This document shows positions 50,301 through 63,176 of a stretch of DNA of 64,000 nt, piece after piece; positions within the stretch are counted from its first letter, which is position 1; each line of letters begins with the position of its first letter. Both the position numbers and the translations under genes were made by a program. Location of the stretch: NCBI GenBank assembly GCA_051362555.1, contig CM120642.1, positions 3,038,001 through 3,102,000 on the forward strand. Reading direction: 5' to 3'. The notes beneath the pieces were generated by a model that ran no database searches, was not told where the DNA came from, and saw only the letters and a list, made by a program, of their open reading frames with translations. This stretch comes from Lingula anatina. Taxonomy: Eukaryota > Animalia > Brachiopoda.

Positions 50301-53300
50301 TGGTTTCTGACAAAAGCAAAGACTGGAGTTTCACTACACTGACTGATTCTTCATTTTCACGATTTTCAGAATTCATGGACTCTGTAGCTTCATCAACTTC
50401 ACTGCCATGATGAAGGACTTCTACATAACTACGTGTATTTACCTCTCCATTTTTTATTGGTGCTTGCTGGGTCTTATCAATTTGGTGCTTTTTTTCATCT
50501 AAAAAAAGGAATTATATTTTGTCATCCATCACATGTGCAAAAATAAAATTTTTAATCCCATGTTAAATTCAGAAAACAATAGTATGATCTTTTGTATCAG
50601 CATGTTTGAGTCTCTAATCTTTATACAAAACTAGTTTAATTTGGTACTAGGCACTTTCATACAGATTTTGGGATATTTTGAACATTTTACCTTTCGATTT
50701 ATCTTTTGTCATTCCGAGATATATTTCATTGCTGTCTGAGTCATTGCCACTACCATTGCCCTCTCCAGAGTCGTATTTCTCGTAGTCTTTATAATTAGCA
50801 TCAGAAGACAAGGTGTCACATACCACTGGTCTTTGAATAAGTTCATGACACACTGGGAGACCTTCCATTGTTAGTAGATCAACCACAGTCTCTGTAAGTA
50901 ATGTAGATGGCTATAAAAAAATTAGTTGCAGACGTTTCATGTATAAAACTGAAAAATATAATTAATGTGTATACTAATAATAGTTTTTCCCAAGTCGCAA
51001 TTGATGACATAGTGTTTGATTTTGTATATAATAAAAATAAATAGCCAAAATGAAAGAAAAAACTATCACTAAAAGAATTCAGAGTACATAAAGTGATACA
51101 CTCTGGGACATGTGTAACTGTTTAGTTTATATATTTCTGAATAATTGAAAAATCAGTTATATTTAACCGAAGTGTATTTCTCACCAGCAAATGTTTGTTG
51201 ATGCATCATGTACAAAGCAGTAAGCAGATGTGCTGTGATTTGTTCAACAGGTTGGTCATAGTTCCTCTCTAGGAAACTTTCTAAGCATTCTAAACACTGT
51301 GCTTCTTCTTCATTAGGGTGCTGGGACACAATGGCTTGTGTATCTTCCGCAGTAAACTTTAAATGTAAAGCTAACTCCTTCCAAGTGCATGACACACGGG
51401 TTGATATGTGTGCAAATATGGATCCCCAAACTTCACACTAAAATATTAAAAAATACTTGTGAGAAAAGTGGTCAGTGTAGGAAGATATGATTGTACACTC
51501 AAGATACTTAATACATGATTTTCTTGCAAAGGATTAAATATTTTATTAAGATGATTTGGCTTTTCAACTATAAAAAATTGAAAATTGAAATTTTAACAAT
51601 AAAAAAATGTTTAATTTGATTCCTATATATAAATTACCATTGCAGAAGTTTCTTTTTCTGACTTCATGATGTGGTAACTCTTTTGATAATGTACTGTTCC
51701 AAGTTCCACTTTAATATTTTGCCCAATAGTCAGTGGCCTCTCTTGCTTTATTTGACTGCCAGATGTAGAGGGCAATTCTATATTGGTTTGGGTTTCTGGT
51801 TCTCCTACAAGAAAGGATTGATAGTTGATATATTGGAAAGTGCATTTTTGTCATACTGATTATAAAAACATGAATGTTATCAAATATATATCACCTTATT
51901 GGTGATTGTTAAAATGTATGTTTATTCTGAATTTTCATTTGTTATTGTTTAGTATTCCAATTAACTTTAAAATATTAGTTTATTCATTACAAAGTTCCTA
52001 AGTGATATACTTGTAGAAAAGCTAATACAAAGATAATTATTTTTAGTATTCTAATTAATTTTAGAATATTGGTTTATTCAGTACAAAGTTCCTTAGTGAT
52101 ATACTTGTAGAAAAGCTAATACAAAGAAAATTATTTTTCAGATCTTAGCTACAGTGTGCATCTAAGAATTAAATTAGTTGTAGTTAATTTTTTTTAGTTA
52201 TTAAATAACCTACATTGCATTATTATAAAAAATACTGTTTTCTGAAGACTGCTCAAAATGTACATGCTTATAGATGCAGGTAGCCTGTCGCTTTGAGAGC
52301 AAAATATACCTGGTTTTGTGAAGAAATCCCAGGCTGTAGCCAACTCTTGTTCACAAATGTATACATCCATATACAGCTCTTCTCCCTCCATCTCTTCAAG
52401 TTCTTGGGTGATGTACTCATTTGTCAGAAACTTAGATAAATCCCCAGACTTGTACTCTGTCCAGAAACTTTGTAACTTCTCTGCAGCATCAAACATTAAC
52501 ACACACTCCACACAACCTTCAATGAGCTTGATTAAATGTGCCCCTCTTTTGATGAAAGAGTCAGCTGCCCTTTTGAATTGAGCCAGGTCTTGAAGCATTT
52601 CTCTTGTAAAACACTTGTCTGCCTTTTTGGCTATCTCTTTTGTTTCCCAGTACTTGACATGCATTTTAGCATGAAGAACTGAATTAAATTTAACTGTTAC
52701 TTGTATGAATGACATATTATATATATTTACTATTGGTGTTTGACTTTGATAAAATGTGTAGTTATAGAAGAAAACTTTTACATCCATTTTTCTTAAGGAT
52801 GGGAATTGGGGGAGGGGGGCAGAGATTTGGTTATCTTCTGACTGACCAAGATAAACCAACATGTTGCATACATTTTTCAATAAAAAGTTTATTTTGAAGT
52901 CTTTTCATTTCATATCCTTATTTTACAATATGCAGCCACATAGCTCTCGCAGCAAGCTTTTTCTTCAACAAAATGGCACTGTAGTCACAAGGACCCACTT
53001 CATGAATGCTCTTAAACACTACCTCCTAGCTGTAGGGATGAATACCAATTTAACAAAGGGTTAGCTACACCCTACACACAAGTCACCAAATTCCATTTAC
53101 CTCACCCCACTATTCAAATGTTCAGTCTCAAACTCAGTTAGTGTTAGTTACTTTATCGCATTGTGAACAATTAAAAATAGAAATGTAGCAACTGTGTGGA
53201 CTAGGTAAATATATGTATGTATGTAGCAAATTCAGCTTCAAACCTCCATCCATTTCTGAGATACAAGCAATCCTATATAAAATGGGACAAGTGAACCAAG

Positions 53301-54942
53301 TGTCAAGCCTCCTCAAACAATTATGTTTCAGATATACAGAAGGCAACTACAACCCTCTTATATGTACAGCCAGCTCATGTGGCTCCATTGCCCACAGCTA
53401 CAGAACTTTGCTTTGTGAATAAATTGCCTTACACTGTCACCCCAACTCTCACCACGACTCTTGTCCTCTCCACAGAACAAATTATTTGGGTGGTGGGGAA
53501 AGTTCACTGAAATGGACATCCTTCCATGGCGACTTTATAAAATTGATAACCTAACTCAAGTATCTATCTCAGTATTTTCTCAATTTATCGCACCGCTCAG
53601 TAGTTAAGGTGTTCCAGGTCAGGCAATTCAGCGTGACTCCTGCTCTCACCACCAACACCAACCAATTATTGAACTGAGAAAATAAACTCTTTCTCTCCTT
53701 CCATATAGCAACTATATATATCTGGATATCTTTGGTAAAAAGGCATATGAAGAATTTGAGAAACATCTCTGTTGATGCTCAAGGGGGCTATCAGACCATG
53801 TTGTCTACACATGTTCATTTGCAGTGGAGTTTTAGTATTAGGGTATAAAGATCAGGATAAGAAAGCCTATTAAGTGCTGTATCTCCTTACATAACTATTA
53901 CTGTATAAAATAAGGATATTAAATGAAAGCTGTTAAAATATGCTTTATATTGATATGCAACTTGTATATCTACCGGTAGTTACATCTTTGTCACTTATAA
54001 CTTCTTAAAAGAAGATAGCCACCTCCCCTATACATATCCTTAAGAATATATACCGTACTTGTAAATGATCTTGTTATAATTGTTTGCTATCACAGATATC
54101 CAATTTTTAAGTAAAAACTTTTGAAAAAAAAAAAGAAAAAGAAACTTGTACCATTTCCCTTGTGGATGTTTTTCTTGTCATCCTTTGAAGCATTCTCTTG
54201 TTTGATCTTTAAAGGCTTATTGAGCTTCATGGCTATGTTCTCCATCTCTTCTAGTGTTTTTGTTAGCTCTTCATCACTGTCAGATTGTTCATATCGCCGT
54301 TTTCTTATTTTGCTGCAATTGCGAAAAATCTTGTAGCTGAGGGAACTTCTCTCTGGAAATGAAGATTACATTACAAGTCATCTATATATATTTTCTGAAC
54401 TGAGAAAATTCAGTGTTGCTCAATTTGATATTTGTCAATATCATTATTTAAAGATGAAATGAACTGTGTAAGATTTTTTTTGCAAAAAAAAAAAAAGAAA
54501 AGAAAGAAAAACAAGGCAGCAAAGCTGTCAAATGTACAGACAAAGAACAGAAAATAAAGATGCAAATAAGTGAAAAATTAAATTTTCACAAAAAACTGTT
54601 AAATTGCCAGAAAAACTTACCAAACAGACTGCGTTGCCTATTGAAGCTGTATTTTAGTCCCATGTTTCTTTCCTATAAGTTTGAGAACAGTAAGTGACAT
54701 GATTTCACTTAAATGGTCATCATAGGAGCAGTGCCCAAAATAGGGGTTTCTTCAAATTTTGATACAACATTAAATAATGTTTAACAGCATAATGACAATC
54801 AAATGTTATTAATAAAATATTAGTAACATGGACATTCAGAAAATGTGACAAGCAAAAGTCTTCAAGATCATGGAACTTTAAAGTCACACCTTGAAAATGC
54901 CAATATGTGAAAAATTAAATTTTCACAAAAAACTGTTTAACT

Positions 54943-54987
<45 letters not shown>

Positions 54988-57900
54988 ACAGACTGCATTG
55001 CCTACTGAAGCTGTATTTTAGTCCCATGTTTCTTTCCTGTAAGTTTGAGAACAGTAAGTGACATGATTTTCCTTAAATGGTCATCATGGAAGCAGTGCCC
55101 AAAATAGGGGTTTCTTCAAATTTTGATGCAATATTACATAATGTTTAACAGCTTAATGACCATCAATTTTTAATTATAAAATATTTGTATCACAGATATT
55201 CAGAAAATGTGACTAGCAAAGGTCTTCAGGCCCATGGAACTTCAAAGTCACGCCTTGAAAATGCCAAAATGCCAAAAGTCAGCACTGTTCTGAAATGGGT
55301 TTATTTCCATTTTTAACACTTTTTTAACATAAAACAAAATAAACATTTTATTGCCATTTTTTTATGACCAACTAAAAAAATTGATGAGATGGGAAAAGTA
55401 TCAATAGAACAGTGTTTAATGTCCAATTTCCTCCATTCTGAGATTCTGAACATAGTGGATGATTGAATCTGACAAACTGCAATGATATGAGTTTATTTCC
55501 ATTTTTGACACTTTATTACACAATACATGATAACAAGATTACCATGTTTTTTACATAATCAACTAACAATGTTGTAAAGATGCAGGAAATATCAAACAAA
55601 CACTTTTAGGCATCTTATTAGTTAAATAATGAGACTGTTAACATGCTTAAGAATTGAATCTGAGGAAATGTGAAAAAAACAGTATAACTTCTAAAATAAA
55701 GGCCCGATTATGCTGATTTTCAAACTCAACCTGCGTTTTAGTAAGATTGACCACTCCTGTGAGTATAATTACAATTGGCCAATCCGTTTTTCTTATATTG
55801 TGTTATCAGTGTTGCATTTATATTGAAAATAGTGAAAAAACAGCATAAATTCCCTCAAAATAGCCCAATCATGCTGATTTTTGAACTTGACCTGCGTATT
55901 ATGAATATTCATCAGTTCTGTAAGTTTCAAGTCAAAAGGTAAAATGGTTTTCCACTTATCGTGTTATCGGTGCTGCATATATGCTGAAAAAAGTGAAAAA
56001 ACAGCATAAATTACCTAAAAGTGACCCGATCATGCTGATTTTCGAACTTGACCTGCGTATTATGAATATTCATCAGTTCTGTAAGTTTCAAGTCAAAAGG
56101 TAAAATGGTTTTCCACTTATCGTGTTATCGGTGCTGCATATATGCTGAAAAAAGTGAAAAAACAGCATTAATTACCTAAAAGTGACCCGATCATGCTGAT
56201 TTTCGAACTTGACCTGCGTATTATGAATATTCATCAGTTCTGTAAGTTTCAAGTCAAAAGGTAAAATGGTTTTCCACTTATCGTGTTATCGGTGCTGCAT
56301 ATATGCTGAAAAAAGTGAAAAAACAGCATAAATTACCTAAAAGTGACCCGATCATGCTGATTTTCGAACTTGACCTGCGTATTATGAATATTCATCAGTT
56401 CTGCAAGTTTCAAGTCAAAAGGTAAAATGGTTTTCCACTTATCGTGTTATCGGTAAAAGTGCACGGCGACGGCGACGACGGCGACGACAGACGCAGATGA
56501 TGGCTATATGTACAGACACATCTGTGTCTATACATAAAAACATGCTTAACAAAATTTCCTGTGGTATATGGTATTTTTTTACAACTAACTAACCATTTAT
56601 GTTCATTTCTTGACACTGACCATAATGCTGTAATGATCCAAGGAACTTAAATTGCCTGTAACCTACATTTAAGAGTGGGTTGTACAAAGTCCAACATTGA
56701 CTTTCAGCTCAGTCTTCAGGTTGTACGTGATTCAAATCTTTGTTGGAATGGTTGACAGGAAGCAAGGTTCATCAGAGAGTATGAGATGAGACTTATTTTG
56801 GACACATTAAATAATGGCAATTATCTTTTAAAAACAAAAATTTATATACTGACAGTCAAGAAAATGCATCATTTATTTATCAAATAATATTTTAAGTTCC
56901 TTTGGCGCATTAAGAAAATAGCAGTTTTCATGTGAAATATGTCCTATTATTCAGTCACACAAGGTGAAATAAAGGTCAGAAAAGATCATTAAAATGCAAG
57001 GTCACATGATCAAATCTTTTTGGTACCGCCCAGCCTCCAGCATCCCCAGGGCCCACAGTCGCTCTTCTAGTGTCAGACCTGTGTAATAACCAGACAGTGG
57101 TTATACACTTGTTCTTAGAGTTACCTTTTCACCAATAAGTCAACTGAGACAGGCAGGTATAGTTTTCGGTTACATAGTTTATTCAAGCACCTGAAGACTC
57201 AGGTCTCTTCTAACATATCTATAACTATCTCTAACTCTCTCAGTCTGTAAGTCTCCCAGTCTCTGTGGCTCAGTCACTGCCTTTATACTCTATCTTAATT
57301 TGCATTTCAAATTAGCTTTCATAACTGTCATGAAACATGCCATGCCTATGTACATTAACTTAATTGTAGATACATTTAAATTAAACCTTGATTTGCATTT
57401 TAAATGAACTTCTCTTAAACTGCCATGCAACATGTCATGTCTAAGTATATTTGAATAATTAAAACGTACAAATATATACATATCTGATGTATGCAAATTT
57501 AGAAGACTCAGTTCTAATTAACGGATCACTACACCTGGCATCGCTGAACTTTTTTATCGTGTGTCATACTGGATTTGGTGACTACTTTAAATAGGCTTAT
57601 GTAATCACCATATATTGAACCTGGTTAATTCACACAAATCAGGAGACAGGAAAAACATGATTTTGTAACAGGTGATCACAAAATCACTGAAGCGGAAATT
57701 TTAAACATCCGAGTGGTCAGCCCACTCTCTTATGACCAAACAAGTGCATTTGTACTCGTTTATATGGTTGGAATGGATTCTAGGTAAAAAAGTACAAGAG
57801 AGTTTTCTGATGCGTTTTCATTGACTGTCAGTATATTTTTTGTTCTCAGATAAGTTCAACATAAAAGGATTAAAGTAATTAAAATAAACATCAGTTTAAA

Positions 57901-60900
57901 ATTTTACACTTTGTTACTCTATTAACTTTTTTTTTTATCTGCAAAAAATTACCTTCACTAATGACACTTTGTTCCAATGGACACGTGTCACACTGTGTTT
58001 CACAAGATTCAGGATCTGAGGCAATACCATCTAATTTTAAGATACATGATGAAAAAAAAAAAGGAGAAATGTTTATTGGTATAGCTCATATGAAATGCCA
58101 TAACATTTATCTGAAATCTTAAATGATATAAAATTCTTACAGAGAAAAAGTACTTTGAATGGGATTGTGATGATTATGTTAACCCCAATTTTATATGTAT
58201 ACCAAGACCAAGAAATCATTACCATTTACATGTAACATAGTTCAAATGAGTGAATAACACATACCTTCACATTTAATTCTCTTGGCACTGCTTTTGGATC
58301 CTGAATTTATGAAAATAAGGTAAGATGATAATTATTTGTCATATTGATACACAGTATAAAATGAAAATCTCTGTTATCTATCATCAAACTGAATTTGTAC
58401 ATCATTATTATAATTTTGTGATAATTAGTTTTTATTTGCAAGATTTCATGTTTTATTTACAAGAAACAGGAAAAGAGCAGTGGGCTGTATTGGGGGGGCA
58501 TGTCTTTTCATCTTTCTTCTTTGTGACAGCCATGCGTGATATAACAACTAACCATTACTACTAATAATAATAATTAATTGTCATATTTGTACATAAAAAC
58601 ATTAATAAATTGATATGATCTGTCATCTTGCCCACCCCGCCCAGCATTTTTCTCAGCCTAGGGCCATGTGTATGTACACTCTTGGATTTGAGCATGTGCC
58701 ATTTCCAATAAACAGACTGCCCTTCCCCCCTCCCTCTCCTCCCCCCCCTTCCGGACCAGTATGGTTCTGCTTTTCATCATCTGACTATAGATGAAGCTTG
58801 TCACTGAGTTTATTAGGCCTTATAAACAAAATAACCCACAGATTTATCCCCATATTTATTACCTAAACTGCAATTTCATGGTTCCATAATAAAAAGATTA
58901 CTTCTTGTGAGCACAGCAAGTTATGAAAACCATATTAATTATAAATACTCATCATGAATTTCACCTTCAGGTATGTGTTTTTAATTTTTCAATTTTATGC
59001 CTGACTGCAAGCATGTATTCAAGACACTTGTTCTTTAAGTCATCTACTGTAACTAATTAACACCAACCTTGCATGTCTTTTTTTCTTTTTTTCCTGGTCC
59101 TTTTTCCTAATCGCTGAATGCACTTTTCAGCGTCCTTAATGGTATCACATAATCTGGGGCATTCAGCTCTCTTGAGCAGCTTCTTCAGGGCATCATAATT
59201 TCCCAGAGAGATGATTTCTACTTCTTCTAGGCGATTGAGAAGTGCCAGCTTGTCATTTTCTTCAGATACACTAGCCCCTAATGGCTTCCTTAGATGTTGT
59301 TTGATATTTTTAAAGTTATCAGTTGTAAGCTCATCTTTTATTCTTGTGAGCATGGTGTCATGTACTTCTTGTGGACTTTCACACTTGCCATATAATCCAG
59401 TACTGTCAGTGGTAAGGTAATCCATGTCTGGTCAATTAGATGACTGCAAGAGAGAATGCTAATTGGTTGATATGTGACCTCTTATACTCATAGGTGGAAT
59501 GAAAATTACAAGTGTCTTGTACACATTTCCACACATAATTTGACTGTTGCCCTATGTGCTGGAAAAAACACCTTCAATTTCATAAACAAAAAAATCCCCT
59601 TTCTATGTTTAAGGCATGACTTGTTTGCTCAACTGGCACATTGGTCCTTCAGTTGCTTCAGGTGTGAAACATCAACAATGCATTGAGACATGTATCACAG
59701 GGGACACTTTGGTCTGATTTACTTCTCCAGCATGTAACACAACAGCAGTGATATGTATTCCAGAGAACAACTACAAACTGACTTTTCTCCACATTTATTT
59801 CTCTGGCTGAGAGATCTGGAGTCTCCTAAGACAGCAGGGACAATCCAGCTATCGGTTCAACTGACCAAACTCACTCCGAGCTCTGATCTCCAATCTCTCT
59901 GTCTCTTATACAAAGTTCTTCTCCTTATATACTAATACACACAAGATACATTACAGTGATTCTTAAAACAAGTCAGAGATATTGAAGCCAATTAACAGAA
60001 TTAAGACATATTACTAGAGACCTTAAACATAATTAAAGTCAGACTGCTTTAAACTCTAACTTGGGGATGAAGCCGTAAATAAAGTTATTCAATCCTTTTA
60101 AAACATAAAACATCCTATAAAACTTGGTTACACTTCTTTCCAACGAATAAAATACATTAACAGATTCATGTAATATCATTATTACAGAGACATCTGAACA
60201 ATCGTTACCAAATGTTGATTTAATTTGATTTAAATGTGGAAGTTTCTAAAATGAAGTTTGGACGTGACACATGCTTTGTTTGTTTTTAGATATTTATGTA
60301 AAATTTTAAGCCAATGTTAGGTATGTAAGCATATGCAAAAGATATTTAGATTCAGAAGAGCTGGACTGGTATGGTTATAAGTAAATGCATTTAATAGACC
60401 AGTAATTTTACTACTCTATGATGTTTTACCTTAAATTTTTATTGATTTTGTTAGGTTTGACTTGTCTGCAAACCAATGCCAATAAAACAAATTTCTTCCT
60501 TCATTGCGGGAGGTGGGGCAAAATGATGCTATTAATGTCTCTGAATCCAGTAAATACAGTTCATGTCACCCCATTTTATTATCACCATTAACTAATAAAT
60601 GCATTAATATTTGGCTCTGCCATTATCTCCATACATTTTTATTAGTTAATTATTAGTTTGGATAACACCTGGTCTCAAACAGGTTTTGTTACATTCAACA
60701 ATTATAGCTGTAAACAATGGAAGTTAACCCACCTTGCTTTTTGCCTCTCCTTTTACAGGTGAATTTTAATAAACTCTGTAACAGTTTGGTCAAATTTTAT
60801 GCCAATTCACCATCTCTGGGTCCTCCAGAAAGTGTCTGAATATTTTTACTTAAATATGTGATTTTTATAACAATTTAACCAGGCAAAATGTTGTAAAATC

Positions 60901-63110
60901 ACTACTTTCTATTTCTTCAAAGTGGAAATTCCTGTTACTATTTATAGCACATGACATTTCAGCACCCAATGCTCACCCAGTGGGGATACAATATACCATG
61001 ACCTGTTTGCGATTGTTGTTGTAGGATAGTCATGCGTTTTGATTACCATAGTTTGATTACCGACAATTGTTTGGGTGAGGAAGATTGGAATTTGACAGCT
61101 ATCATAAACCATTACAGCATGATTGATAACAATTAAAATAACATATTAATACCTGTATGTACCTTTTGTCTGTGTGACACTGAAAAGTCAATATGGCATT
61201 TTGTTTGCTATTTTTATTTAGACAACCAAAGCAACAACAAAGGCTTTGTCAGTTAGTCTGTTAGTTTTATTTGTTTAACCATTGAGTGTTTTGAGTCTCC
61301 ACAAAATCCAGTGTCAAATACATTTTTTATCAGTGCTGTTTTGGCACTACGTTTCATGACAAAGATGCGGGCAAAAACCTAAGGTGTTACAAATTACTCT
61401 TTCAATTATAGGTCAGACCGGGATACTAGTAGTTTATACTGAATTCAAATATCTGTTGAGTCCTACAGCACTGTTTCTGCTAGTTTTATTTAACTTGGAG
61501 TGTATATAAATTGTGCTCATGTATTACCCTCAAAGTGTGCTCTAATTTTTTACAAAAAATTAATTGAGTACTTTTTTACATTTAGAAGATAAACTTTCCG
61601 TTTACCCTTAACCTTTGTATCTTAATTGGGGGTTGGGGGAAGGAGGACTGATGAGGTAATTAATTCTGAAAACTCATGTGTTTGTGGTATTTATTATGAG
61701 TTATCTATCAATATATGCTCAAGAATTTGTTCATATATAGATAATTAAAATTTTCATTTGAATCAAGTTGGTCAAATAGTATATAATTGGTTGTGGAAAA
61801 ATGAAGGGAAATCTGTCTAAAATAGATAAAAAAAGCTAAAATAAGCTTAAGCTAAAAAATTTTTTTTTTCAAAATGCCATGTCTTCTTAACTTGGATGTA
61901 TGAAAATTTATTTTCTGTTTTTCAATAGAAATTAAAATTTCATTGTATGTTTATAATTTTATATTCTTTTTTTTTTTACTAGCCCAGAAGAATCAGCGCA
62001 GTGTCCATTGCAGAAAGAGTAGCTAATGAGAGGTCAGAAAACCTTGGTGTGAGTTGTGGCTACAGCGTTAGATTTGAATCTGTGCTGCCACGACCATATG
62101 GTGCCATCTTATACTGTACTGTTGGTAAGATATTTAACTTTACTTGCTTAAAACACATGTATTCATAATTTTCTTAAAGTTAACTTAGAAAGACAGCTGC
62201 TGTTTTGATGAAATATGGTCTACTATTTAAAGTGTATTATGATCATGACATGTATTGTGTGATGATTACTTATAAATTAAATTTGTAAAAATCTGAAAAT
62301 TGCTATTAGAGTGGATGTTTAGTATTAAAGAAATATAAAGGCGTTGAAGAGAGCATATTATTATGGAATTTTTAATGCAGTCACTTTATTTCAAGGCACA
62401 TTGCTGAGGAAACTGGAGAATGGTTTGCGAGGCGTTTCCCATGTTATTGTGGATGAAGTACATGAAAGGGATCTCAATGTAAGGAATGCTACGTATCAAA
62501 ATCTCTTCACATATTTTTATTGAATTAACTTCTATCAGGATCAATGTGAAAGAGAGAACTCAATTTTAAAACTAAATCTATTTTTTACTTTACATCTCAC
62601 CTTCATTTTAAAAATTGAGTGTATTAAGCAAATAGTAATGTTATATTTTACTAAATCCAAAAAAATAAAATAAAATGTGTGTATTATTATGTCATTGTGT
62701 AGTTATTAGTATTTCCCATTTTACTTGGTTTTATGTTTTTTTTTAATGGTAGAAATTAATTTTGCATTATCATATTTAAAACAATAATTAAGTGTAAAAT
62801 GTCTGTTTGCAGACTGATTTCTTGATGGTGATGTTACGAGACATGGTCCATGTTTACAAAGATCTCCGCATCGTCATTATGTCTGCCACTGTGGACACAA
62901 CCTTATTCACTGACTACTTTGGCTCAGTGGAAGTTGTAGAAGTTCATGGCAGACTGTTCCCTGTTCAAGGTATTGAGGCTGTAGTCTTGGGGTTACTTGA
63001 AAACATTATCAGATACTGTGTTAAGTTTGTGGATTTTGTAGCAGTAAACATTTTCTATTATTATTACTTCTTGTTTCCTATTTTACTGATGTTGATGCAT
63101 GCACCCCCCA

Positions 63111-63176
<66 letters not shown>

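Noticed and set aside
48484-50376. 630-aa ORF as a standalone single-exon gene
   Set aside because: The frame stays open upstream to an acceptor at 50499-50500 and joins in phase to the death-domain exons.
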